Origin: a virus | Virus record (IMG/VR): IMGVR_UViG_3300045988_149331 | Span: 36,686 to 100,685 of that record | Length of the DNA: 64,000 bases | Strand: one strand, 5' to 3' | Part shown: piece after piece, positions 52,030-60,218 of the stretch | Layout of the letters: each line of letters opens with the position of its first letter | Position numbering within the stretch: the stretch's first letter is position 1 | Translations under genes and position numbers: made by a program | The notes under the pieces: model-generated | The model's database searches: none | What the model was told of the DNA's origin: nothing | The model's input: only the letters and a program-made list of their open reading frames with translations

Positions 52030-52566
52030 TCATTCGTCTTCGTCAGGAATCAGTTGGCGGCGTTTACGAACCTTCGCCACGGAATTGGCCTTGGCTTGAA
52101 GCAGGTGCTCTTCGATGTCGCCAGCGGGAATCGACAGCGACAACTTATCGAGTTTGGCCGACTTGTCCTTGGCCGAAAAGAGAAGCGAAGCCGCATAGTC
52201 GCGAGTCTTTTGAGCCTCATGCAGTTTCATTTTGTTAGCCTTGTAAAGCGGGTTCTTGACTACTGCGGTGTTTACCTCATCGACGGTGGGGGCTTTCTTG
52301 CGGTCTTCTTCGCTGTTGAGTTCAGCACGCACCTGTTCGCGGATCTTGGCTTCGAAGATATCGCAGTTCAGTTTGGTTTCAGCCAGCGAACGTTCGGCGT
52401 CGGCCAGCAACAACCCCAGACGGTTTACGATCACCGGGAAGGTGATAATTTCGCCAACGAGGTTCTCATAGTGAATCGTCAGCAGGTCATCGACGTTAAT
52501 TTCGTCGTCGAATTCTTCGAACTCGATCTCGTAGACGTTTTTGCCGATCAGCAGTTTCCGTTTCAT
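52030..52566 (-). CDS. hypothetical protein (weak UvsY-like recombination mediator resemblance)
   Basis: 178-aa helical ORF near the recombinase; resemblance is impressionistic. Confidence 0.4.
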   Translation of the reverse strand: MKRKLLIGKNVYEIEFEEFDDEINVDDLLTIHYENLVGEIITFPVIVNRLGLLLADAERSLAETKLNCDIFEAKIREQVRAELNSEEDRKKAPTVDEVNTAVVKNPLYKANKMKLHEAQKTRDYAASLLFSAKDKSAKLDKLSLSIPAGDIEEHLLQAKANSVAKVRKRRQLIPDEDE

Positions 52567-52928
52567 TCTACAGGTTCTTGTTGGTTAACGTCGCCGGAAC
52601 GTACACGACGAGTGATCTCGATGATGAGGTAGTGAACGGCCTTTTCCAGGTCGCGGATCAGGCGACTCTTTTTGTGCCCTTGGGTGATGTACCGCTGGAG
52701 ATAGCGCGTTACCTGGTAGATGTTGATGGCCGCACCATGGTCGTCACCATACAGCATCTTCTTGGTGTCGATGACCTTTTCGCCATCAGCGTACTTATCA
52801 GAGTAAGTCCTGGCGATGTGGTTGATGGTCATCGCCAAAGCCTCGGCCGCTTCCGGCTCGGCGTCACACACACGCTCGATATCGTACGACACCTGCGCGA
52901 GTAGTTCGTTTCTTCGTTTTTGGTCCAT
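52563..52928 (-). CDS. DUF3310-like protein
   Basis: AINIYQVTRYLQRYITQGHKKSRLIRDLEKAVHYLIIEI matches the ..KY..R...K.....DL.KA..YL pattern. Confidence 0.45.
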   Translation of the reverse strand: MDQKRRNELLAQVSYDIERVCDAEPEAAEALAMTINHIARTYSDKYADGEKVIDTKKMLYGDDHGAAINIYQVTRYLQRYITQGHKKSRLIRDLEKAVHYLIIEITRRVRSGDVNQQEPVE

Positions 52929-52929
52929 G

Positions 52930-53589
52930 TTAAATGATATTTTTTAATAAATCGATGATATCATCCTCCGACGCGTACAGCGAATGCGACGTAGTGCAAA
53001 TACCCATCTCAATGCACGTATTTCGTAACGTTGAAACTGCCTTATAGTAGTTATCCTTACAGTAGGGCAGCAAGTTTAACGGCCATGAACGGTTGCCGAT
53101 AGCCAATTCGCGGTTCAAAAAGTACAGCAGCGCCATCCAGTCTGCTACTTTCACAATAGCGTGCATCACGTCGTAGAACTTATCCTCTTTGGAGAACATT
53201 TTGACCACTTCGGATTCCTCGCCAAACTCTTCCGTCAACTGGTGGTTAACGAACTTATCAAGCACGTTTCGGATTTCGCCGCCGTTGTAGTTGTTGTACT
53301 TGAGTTCGTGGGTGATATCGCGGCGCAGAATGGCTTCGTCGAAGTCGTGCATCAACGCCAGTTTCAGCGTCTGGTATTTGAATAACCACACTTCGGCGCG
53401 TTGTGTGTCAGACGGCCACAAATATTCCAAGAGGCTCATCGCGAAGACCGAAACCTTAAACGAATGTTGTGACACGCTTTCCTGCTGGTGGCGGTCGTAT
53501 TCCAACCACTGCTTGATGTTATCCAACCGCGCCAAATAGTCACGGTTGAATAGCTTTATCAAATCTCCTTTGTTTCCTTTGTTTTCCAT
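52930..53589 (-). CDS. HD-domain 5'-deoxynucleotidase-like hydrolase (YfbR-like)
   Basis: ESVSQHSFKVSVFA ... LALMHDFDEAILRDI (H..HD..E) pattern. Start set to ATG 53589, which is preceded by GTAAAAC. Confidence 0.6.
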   Translation of the reverse strand: MENKGNKGDLIKLFNRDYLARLDNIKQWLEYDRHQQESVSQHSFKVSVFAMSLLEYLWPSDTQRAEVWLFKYQTLKLALMHDFDEAILRRDITHELKYNNYNGGEIRNVLDKFVNHQLTEEFGEESEVVKMFSKEDKFYDVMHAIVKVADWMALLYFLNRELAIGNRSWPLNLLPYCKDNYYKAVSTLRNTCIEMGICTTSHSLYASEDDIIDLLKNII

Positions 53590-53603
53590 ACGATTTTGTT
53601 TTA

Positions 53604-56447
53604 CTACTGTAGTATTTCTAACCTTGTAGATGGACACGACTGGATGACCTTCTTGCCCGCAAAGAAATTAACGCGTCCTGATACAGCCACAACTCGGTTC
53701 AGCAGCGTCGCTTCAGTTTCAGGCTGGTATTTCCAAAAGTCAGCCCACAACGTGACTTGAACGATAAGGCTGTTGATTTCTACCTGCAATACGCCATACG
53801 TATCACCCCGCTTGGTTTGACGTTCGAATACGTTGTTAACACGCCCCACGATACACACCTCGTCACCTTCGTTTTTCTTCTCGAATTCAGGCGCAGTAAC
53901 GTACAGCCGAACCATCCGTTTTCCGAGACCATACTCGTTCAACATACGCGTGTAGTCCACTTCGCCATACCCGGTTATTTCGCGCTGTTTGAAGACCCAC
54001 CAAGCGTTAGTATGGGCATCGGGAGTAGCGAATTCTTCAGGCAGTTCTTCGCCCCGGCGTTCGAGATATTGTTTGACGATATCTAACCGTTGACGCGGGT
54101 TGCGTACTCCTTCTACAAGGTCGAACGCTCCGGCTGTTATCAACCGTAATACCACCGTGCGATTAACGCCCGTAGGGACTGACGTTATGAAGTCTTCGAA
54201 AGAAAACACCTCGCCGTGCTCAGCCTTCATTTGTTTGAGGAGCGTCAACGCCCGATCGCCGACGCCTTTAACCTTCCCCAGTGAGAAGAAGATACGATTG
54301 GTTTCAGGGTCGCAGGTAAACGTATCGCCCGAGAAATTGATATCCGGCGGACGCACCTCAATATCGACACCCGTCTTCTTCATTTCAACAAGCCGATACG
54401 GAATATCAGCCTCTTTGGAAGCGTACTGAAGCGACGTCGTCCAAAACTCCAACGGGTAGTTCACCTTAAACCACTGCGACCAGTACGACATCATGGTATA
54501 GGCCACGGCGTGAGAATTACACGTTACCACACCACCGTCAGTCAAAAACGTGTGTGACACGTTGCCGCTCACCTCCACGTCATAGACTTTTTCTTCACCT
54601 ACGCACTGAATATTGACGATTTCTTCCAATCGTGTTAACAATCCCTTTTCACCCATTCGGTGACGCGGTAGCGTTTCAAAGTGGATTTTCTTATGACACG
54701 AATTACAGAGCCACATCAGGTTGCTAACGTCATTATTCGCCCGATTCCCATCCATATGATGAGCCTCCATGCGTTTTCCCACTTTGCCGCACTTATCACA
54801 CGGGCATCCGGCGTGTTGGCGTTTGAAATTTTCAAAGTCAACGGTGGGATGATATTCTTGACGCTGGAATCCGCACTGACCCTTCGTAGGATAGTTTTGA
54901 GACCTACCACGTTGGAACGAATAATCCTTATTCGTTTCTTCGTATCCAGCCCAGATATACAATCGAGCACCAACTGCCAAACCGCTATCTATAGACATTT
55001 CACCCGCCGGTGTCGGGAAGCGGTGATTAGACGTACAGCGTATCTTTTCGCCGGAACGTACAGTGATTTCGTAAACCGGACGCACACCTTCAAAACGGAT
55101 GTCAACGATTTTATTACGAACCAACCTGCCTTCGTCGTTTAACGACCAGCACATTCCGTACCCTGAACGAATATACTTATCGCTTAACGATTCGTGAGAT
55201 AGCCATAAATCAGACGTGCGATTCTTTATTTCGTACATCTCTTCGATAGTGGGAGCATACGAACCGCGCGTAATACCTACGCGACGAATACGTTCCGAAC
55301 CTGCCAAGCACTTATTGAAGCCGTACGAAGCGAACGCCAGCATCTTCTCCCAGACTTCAGAGGCTTGTTCAACGGCTCGTTTTTCCGCAACTCCTTTTGA
55401 TTTTATCAAATTGGAATATCCGTTAACGAACTTTTCCTTGAATTGAGCTAAGGCTGTGTGATTCTTTTTCTTAATGTACGTACGACACTCGTCGGATTCG
55501 ATAGGCGTTAAACCTCCAACAACCATCGCTTTCATGATCTGCTCCTGGTAGGTGTACAACGAATAGGTATCACGAGTGATATCCTCCATCCCGGGGTCAA
55601 ACTTTGGCTTCTTGCGGCCGTTCTTTATATCGACAAACGTTTCGTGCGCCTTCACATCCATCGGGCCTGGTCGGAACAGTGCCGTCATAGCGATTAGGTC
55701 GTCGAGACTTTGAGGTTTAGCCTCGCGACAGTAATTCATCAGTCCCATGGCTCCAAACTGGAATACGTCTTCACACCACCCACGCTGGAAATAACGGTAA
55801 ACCTCTTCGTCGTTGAACGGAATGGCGTTAACGTCGATTTGCTCCCGACGGTTCTTGGCGATAAGTTTGATAATAGACGAGAACTTATCCAGCTGGTTAA
55901 GACCCAATATGTCCTCCTTCAAGAATCCGGACTTGTCAACATACTTGCCTTCCCACTCTGATACAAGCACATCGCCCATTTTCTTCATAGGCATCCACCC
56001 AAACAAGTCGATCGGGTTTCCATCCTCATCTTCCTGCGGTACAACAATGACCGCTGAGGGATGAATTGACGACGTTTTACACTGCGTAAGGGCGTATTTC
56101 GTCATATGGACCAACTCGGGGTGATCCTGCACAAAACGGAACAATTCACGCGATGTAGCTGCGTAGTTAAACAAGTCACCCCACGTGTACTCGATTTGGT
56201 CGTCGATGTCCTTGGTGAGTTTGTTCATTACCGCGAACGGCACGCCCATGACCTTGCCGAAATCCTTCAAACATGTCTTGAGTTTCATGCGGGTGTACGT
56301 ACCAACAGAGCACACATGATTGACGCCATAGCGTTTGGACATGTATTCCTTCACTGTATCCCGAAATGCAACAGGGAAATCGGCGTCCACGTCCGGCATG
56401 CTGTCCTGACGGGCAATTTCGACTTTTTCTATTTTTAGAATCTTCAT
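53604..56447 (-). CDS. dnaE: DNA polymerase III alpha (DnaE) C-terminal fragment: palm catalytic Asp pair onward, fingers, OB fold; contains an intein
   Basis: SMPDVDADF...TYTRMKLK..LKDFGKVMG collinear with E. coli SMPDFDVDF...TFGTMAAK..IRDVGRVLG; FRPGPMD; GFNK|SHAVAY split by intein. ATG 56447 overlaps the GIY-YIG stop (ATGA). Confidence 0.8.
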   Translation of the reverse strand: MKILKIEKVEIARQDSMPDVDADFPVAFRDTVKEYMSKRYGVNHVCSVGTYTRMKLKTCLKDFGKVMGVPFAVMNKLTKDIDDQIEYTWGDLFNYAATSRELFRFVQDHPELVHMTKYALTQCKTSSIHPSAVIVVPQEDEDGNPIDLFGWMPMKKMGDVLVSEWEGKYVDKSGFLKEDILGLNQLDKFSSIIKLIAKNRREQIDVNAIPFNDEEVYRYFQRGWCEDVFQFGAMGLMNYCREAKPQSLDDLIAMTALFRPGPMDVKAHETFVDIKNGRKKPKFDPGMEDITRDTYSLYTYQEQIMKAMVVGGLTPIESDECRTYIKKKNHTALAQFKEKFVNGYSNLIKSKGVAEKRAVEQASEVWEKMLAFASYGFNKCLAGSERIRRVGITRGSYAPTIEEMYEIKNRTSDLWLSHESLSDKYIRSGYGMCWSLNDEGRLVRNKIVDIRFEGVRPVYEITVRSGEKIRCTSNHRFPTPAGEMSIDSGLAVGARLYIWAGYEETNKDYSFQRGRSQNYPTKGQCGFQRQEYHPTVDFENFKRQHAGCPCDKCGKVGKRMEAHHMDGNRANNDVSNLMWLCNSCHKKIHFETLPRHRMGEKGLLTRLEEIVNIQCVGEEKVYDVEVSGNVSHTFLTDGGVVTCNSHAVAYTMMSYWSQWFKVNYPLEFWTTSLQYASKEADIPYRLVEMKKTGVDIEVRPPDINFSGDTFTCDPETNRIFFSLGKVKGVGDRALTLLKQMKAEHGEVFSFEDFITSVPTGVNRTVVLRLITAGAFDLVEGVRNPRQRLDIVKQYLERRGEELPEEFATPDAHTNAWWVFKQREITGYGEVDYTRMLNEYGLGKRMVRLYVTAPEFEKKNEGDEVCIVGRVNNVFERQTKRGDTYGVLQVEINSLIVQVTLWADFWKYQPETEATLLNRVVAVSGRVNFFAGKKVIQSCPSTRLEILQ
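54516..55310 (-). mobile_element. intein with HNH endonuclease domain in dnaE
   Basis: Begins CLAGSERI after GFNK, block B TSNH, HNH CDKCGK..HHMDGNRANN..LCNSCHKKIH, ends VVTCN followed by +1 Ser (SHAVAY); 265 aa. Confidence 0.8.
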
Positions 56448-57345
56448 TTCTTCCTTGGTTTCATTCCATACCAAAAACCGTCGGGGAGCGGACTGTCCTT
56501 CGGTATAACAGTATTTATTTCACCATTAGTTATTCTAACTTTGCCTTGCATAGGATTCGTGTATCCTTGTTCGTATTTTACGCGAAATTTTTCCCTTAAC
56601 GCCTGACGTTGTTCCGCCGACCAACGATTATTCCAATTCGGATTGTTCTCACCTGCATAGCGGCCCTTCATTTTGGCAGATAATTGCGCCTTTTGCTCCG
56701 GCGTCCAGTAATTACCGTAGTTTGGATTCTTTTCGCCGGCATATCGACCTTTTAAGGTTTGTGAAATTCTTTTCTTGTAATCGGTATTATCCAAAGTCAT
56801 TTGACGCTTTTGATGAATTCTTTTCATCACTTCCGGATGATCCTTGAATGTCTTTTTAAGCGAACGTGAAACTTTAGCCGCAACCTCTGGTATCAACACG
56901 GGCGAACCGCTTCCAAACTTATTCGCCGAACCCGGTAATATGTTGTAGCCAATCTTTTTATTGGCGGAATCGAATTTCTTGATGTAGAGCATCTCCCAGG
57001 CGTCGAGTTGTAGTTGAGTGTCGCAAATGCGAAGTGTTTCGCGCTTGAAGTTCTTTCGGCCGTAACGCTTAATCGCGTTCGTCAAAGATATGCCGCTACC
57101 TAAATAACCATCAAACTCATCCGTATCGCACCAGTGTTGGCCTATGTAAATTCTTCCATTAACGAGGTTTGTCGTTTTGTAAATTATACCTTGCATAAAG
57201 TCCGCAATTTATCAATATCAATGTCCAGATCTATATTTGACAAATCGCAGTCTATATCTATTTCCTCGCCATTACGAAGAGGAATTTTAGCGTTTTCGGG
57301 CAATCTAAACTTGCCATACCCCTCAATTTCCAAATCCCAAAATTT
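56394..57345 (-). mobile_element. 952-nt insertion splitting dnaE: candidate group I intron or free-standing HEG cassette
   Basis: Removing 56394-57345 joins ...FLNSNRVTVP to DVDADF..., gap-free against the E. coli RVSMPDFDVDF. The upstream exon would end in U (57346) and the insert would end in G (56394). Confidence 0.35.
56444..57196 (-). CDS. GIY-YIG homing endonuclease inside the dnaE interruption
   Basis: GIIYKTTNLVNGRIYIGQH...GSG; NUMOD3-like GEKNPNYG / GENNPNWN; C-terminal VRITNGEINTVI..PLPDGFWYG. Confidence 0.85.
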   Translation of the reverse strand: MQGIIYKTTNLVNGRIYIGQHWCDTDEFDGYLGSGISLTNAIKRYGRKNFKRETLRICDTQLQLDAWEMLYIKKFDSANKKIGYNILPGSANKFGSGSPVLIPEVAAKVSRSLKKTFKDHPEVMKRIHQKRQMTLDNTDYKKRISQTLKGRYAGEKNPNYGNYWTPEQKAQLSAKMKGRYAGENNPNWNNRWSAEQRQALREKFRVKYEQGYTNPMQGKVRITNGEINTVIPKDSPLPDGFWYGMKPRKK

Positions 57346-58887
57346 AGGAACCGTTACGCGATTAGAATTCAGAAATCGTTCGAACATTAAATCATATTTC
57401 AACGGGTCAACGTCCGTTATGTACAGGCAATATGCAATCAACGATCCGCACACTGAACCACGCCCCGACCCGGTCATGATACCCTGCTCGCGGCACCAGT
57501 TCATGATGTCCCAAAGGATCATGAAATAATCACATAGCCCGTTAGGAACGATAATGGCGCACTCCTTTTCGAGTTCATTCATATACTTATCCAGGTCATC
57601 GACCTTACCTACCAACCGCTCTTGAACGCCCTGTTCCAACTTTTCAAAGAAGGCGTCTTCAACCGTAGTTTTTACAAACTTGTATTTCGGAAGGTGACGA
57701 ATGCCCGTCGGTATCTCAAACTCAATAGTGTCCGTCAAAGTCGCTGTAAGGGTCATGCCATCAATTATCTTCTCGTAAAGGGGCGCGGCTACGTCCATCC
57801 ACTCTTCGTAGGCTAAAATCGTCTCTTTTGAGTTTTTGAAATACTGGGTCGAACTTTCGGCATTCACCACCCCAGCAACCTTATTCAGCAGGGCCTTCAG
57901 CGGAGCCTCTTCGCGATCAAGGTAATACGAGTCGTTGATGACGATAGGCAGCGTCTGGCAATAAGCCTTCATTTTCCGACAACGGCAGATGTAGGTGTCG
58001 ATAGCTTCCAGGTGAGCGCGGAATAACGCTTCGGATTCGAATTCGACGGTGTCGATCTGATAGTACACTTGATCGAACGCCGTGTGATACGCTTCCAGTA
58101 AAGCCTTGCACCGCTCGGCGTCGGACTTAAAGTAGTTCAGTTCGCTATCCGGCGGGATAACGCAGATCAGCCCGCGGCCAAGTTTATACAGTTCCTCGCT
58201 GGGGATGAAGCCTTGATAATCGACGTTTATGGCCTTATTCACCAACAGCAGGTTGCGCCACCCTTCAGGGCTGGTTACGTATAGTTTCAACGCGAAGGTT
58301 TCCTGTACGTCAGCCGCCTGGTCGTAGTTACACGCCACGGTCACAGTCTCGCCTATTATAGGCTTCAGCCCGTTATTCAAGCATGCGGTCTGAAAAGCCA
58401 GCGTTCCGGCCAAAGTGTTTCGGTCGCATATGCCGAGGGCCTTCATGCCGTTGAACTTGGCCTTGGCGGCCCATTCTTCGCAGTTTGACGAACCGTTCAA
58501 AAACTCATACTCGCTGTGAACGCCCAGATGAACGAACGGAACCAGTTCTTCGGCGGTTGCAGTGCCAAGGTACTTAAAATCACGGAACTCCGGGCGGAAC
58601 ACCACCGATTTATCCAACCGAAGATGATCTTTCTTGATGTTTGAATAGTAGAACTTACCGCCAAATTCGAACAGGATGTATTTTACAACCCCATCGTACA
58701 AGGCGTCGAACTCCGCCCCCGTCACCGCGAACGAGAAGCGTTGATCGATGATCTTGCCCTTATCGTCGGGGTGGAGGTACAAAAAGTCCCCCACGCCTTC
58801 GATAGCGATTATATTCAGTTCGTCGTCGCGCTTTTCTTCGATAGCCAGGTAGTTATCGTCGGCCCAGCGCCGTAATGCCTCAGTCAT
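57184..58887 (-). CDS. dnaE: DNA polymerase III alpha (DnaE) N-terminal fragment: PHP domain and start of palm
   Basis: PHP FVHLGVHSEYEFLNG...ALGICDRNTLAG; GRGSVCGSLIAYCLYITDVDPL..LMFERFLNSNRVTVP collinear with E. coli DnaE. The last 53 aa have no DnaE counterpart. Confidence 0.8.
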   Translation of the reverse strand: MTEALRRWADDNYLAIEEKRDDELNIIAIEGVGDFLYLHPDDKGKIIDQRFSFAVTGAEFDALYDGVVKYILFEFGGKFYYSNIKKDHLRLDKSVVFRPEFRDFKYLGTATAEELVPFVHLGVHSEYEFLNGSSNCEEWAAKAKFNGMKALGICDRNTLAGTLAFQTACLNNGLKPIIGETVTVACNYDQAADVQETFALKLYVTSPEGWRNLLLVNKAINVDYQGFIPSEELYKLGRGLICVIPPDSELNYFKSDAERCKALLEAYHTAFDQVYYQIDTVEFESEALFRAHLEAIDTYICRCRKMKAYCQTLPIVINDSYYLDREEAPLKALLNKVAGVVNAESSTQYFKNSKETILAYEEWMDVAAPLYEKIIDGMTLTATLTDTIEFEIPTGIRHLPKYKFVKTTVEDAFFEKLEQGVQERLVGKVDDLDKYMNELEKECAIIVPNGLCDYFMILWDIMNWCREQGIMTGSGRGSVCGSLIAYCLYITDVDPLKYDLMFERFLNSNRVTVPKFWDLEIEGYGKFRLPENAKIPLRNGEEIDIDCDLSNIDLDIDIDKLRTLCKV

Positions 58888-58888
58888 A

Positions 58889-60115
58889 CTACAAAATTGT
58901 ATTCGGGTCCGCGTTAGATAACCTTGCCGCGAAGAAATTGCGCGCCAGCATTAGGTAGTCCCAACGCGCATCGACTTGATAGTAACTCGGCATATAATCG
59001 ATGATCGAGATACTGCTTTTCAACAGCTGATCGCGATCCTCCGGCAGGCACCCACCGCGATTACGCTTATAGGAGATGTACGCCTTCAACAACTGATACA
59101 CGGCCGAAAAATATATCGACTTTTCATGGACGTATCGCTGGAATCCAGCCTCGTCTTCTGGATCGCCACCGTCGGCGTTACGGTTGAGCAGACGGGTGAT
59201 CATCTCCTCCAGGAATACAGTTATTTCACGCAGGCGGTTTACCGGCACCTCGGACTCGAAATCAAAGTCCATCATGTACGAAATAGCTTCGTTGTAAAGC
59301 CCCATTTGTGCCGAATTAACAGGATATTCGGCGTTGGTGAAAAGGTCGAACATCTTCTCGGTAATGTCGTTCCATTCGTAGACGTGAAGCGACTGCGAGT
59401 TATGAGTCTGAACACCCAACTCAATGCCCAGACACAGCGACATTATCTCCGTCAGGAACGAAAACTGGAAGATGTTCGTAGGGAGACCCCAGTGAAGGTC
59501 ATTCGAACGATTCTGGACCGTGGTAACGAGTTTACCGTCGCGAATTTTCAACATCACCATATCGTTACACGGCAGGTCCTTGGTCTTCACACCGAGGTCG
59601 AACTTGGGGTTCCAAATCGACATCACCACCTGCCGCGTATCAGGATCAGCCGACAGTAAGCGTATCGCCTCTGCAACCTGATCCAGTCCAGTATCGGCCG
59701 ACTCGCTTTCCGAAGCAATTCCCCAGTGGCGCAGGCGCCACCCGTAGGGAGCATGAAACGTTTCGCCGTTGTCCGAAAAGTCAGCCATCCGGCTATTGAA
59801 GATCGTCAGGAACTCAACGTCCTTACGACCCACGGCGATCCACATCGCTTCAGCCAGCAGGAAGAACACGTTGATATTACGACCGTACCCGCCCACGCAG
59901 CGGCGATAGGGGTTGGTGATAACGGTCTTCACGTCCAGCAGTTCGCGCACCTTTCCGCCACGTGAATTACGCCACGGCAGTTTACGTATCGTATCGTTGA
60001 TGTACGGATACAACTGGGCAAATGATCTGCGGGGATCGGTGACGTAAGTCGTTTGACTTTCAAGTTCACTGACTGAAACGCCATCAACGGACTTGGATAT
60101 TGTTTCTTCTTTCAT
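58889..60115 (-). CDS. divergent thymidylate-synthase-fold enzyme (candidate dUMP hydroxymethylase or thymidylate synthase) with long C-terminal extension
   Basis: FHAPYGWRLRHW, DPDTRQVVMSIWN, catalytic LPCN, NRSNDLHWGLPTNIFQF align with ThyA YGxQWR, DPDSRRxIxSAWN, PCH, QRSxDxxLGxPFNI; 408 aa versus about 264 for ThyA. Confidence 0.65.
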   Translation of the reverse strand: MKEETISKSVDGVSVSELESQTTYVTDPRRSFAQLYPYINDTIRKLPWRNSRGGKVRELLDVKTVITNPYRRCVGGYGRNINVFFLLAEAMWIAVGRKDVEFLTIFNSRMADFSDNGETFHAPYGWRLRHWGIASESESADTGLDQVAEAIRLLSADPDTRQVVMSIWNPKFDLGVKTKDLPCNDMVMLKIRDGKLVTTVQNRSNDLHWGLPTNIFQFSFLTEIMSLCLGIELGVQTHNSQSLHVYEWNDITEKMFDLFTNAEYPVNSAQMGLYNEAISYMMDFDFESEVPVNRLREITVFLEEMITRLLNRNADGGDPEDEAGFQRYVHEKSIYFSAVYQLLKAYISYKRNRGGCLPEDRDQLLKSSISIIDYMPSYYQVDARWDYLMLARNFFAARLSNADPNTIL

Positions 60116-60142
60116 ACTTTAATTACGATTTTTTATACCCCT

Positions 60143-60156
60143 TATAACGCTGGCAG
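60143..60156 (-). promoter_or_regulatory. degenerate GCCAGCGTTATA motif copy upstream of the ThyA-like gene
   Basis: Plus TATAACGCTGGCAG; 27 nt upstream of ATG 60115. Confidence 0.25.
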
Positions 60157-60159
60157 TGA

Positions 60160-60196
60160 TAGTGAAATGAACCCCGACTGTTTAAGGCCGGGGTTC
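60160..60196 (-). terminator. terminator-like hairpin
   Basis: 8-bp stem GAACCCCG/CGGGGTTC (60169-60176 / 60189-60196); weak T-tail (ATTTCAC) on minus strand. Confidence 0.4.
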
Positions 60197-60218
60197 GGGA
60201 TGAAGAGTAACTATGGCG

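Noticed and set aside
52930-53589. DatZ-like dATPase implying a 2-aminoadenine (Z) genome.
   Set aside because: No PurZ (adenylosuccinate-synthetase-like) or MazZ-like gene is visible in the window. The co-occurring ThyA-like and dUTPase genes point to pyrimidine rather than purine replacement.
57300-57348. A specific P1 pairing (exon UUCCU with intron GGGA) as proof of a group I intron in dnaE.
   Set aside because: Only 4 bp could be paired, and no P3-P9 core elements could be identified by eye. This is insufficient evidence, so the intron is kept as one of two models.
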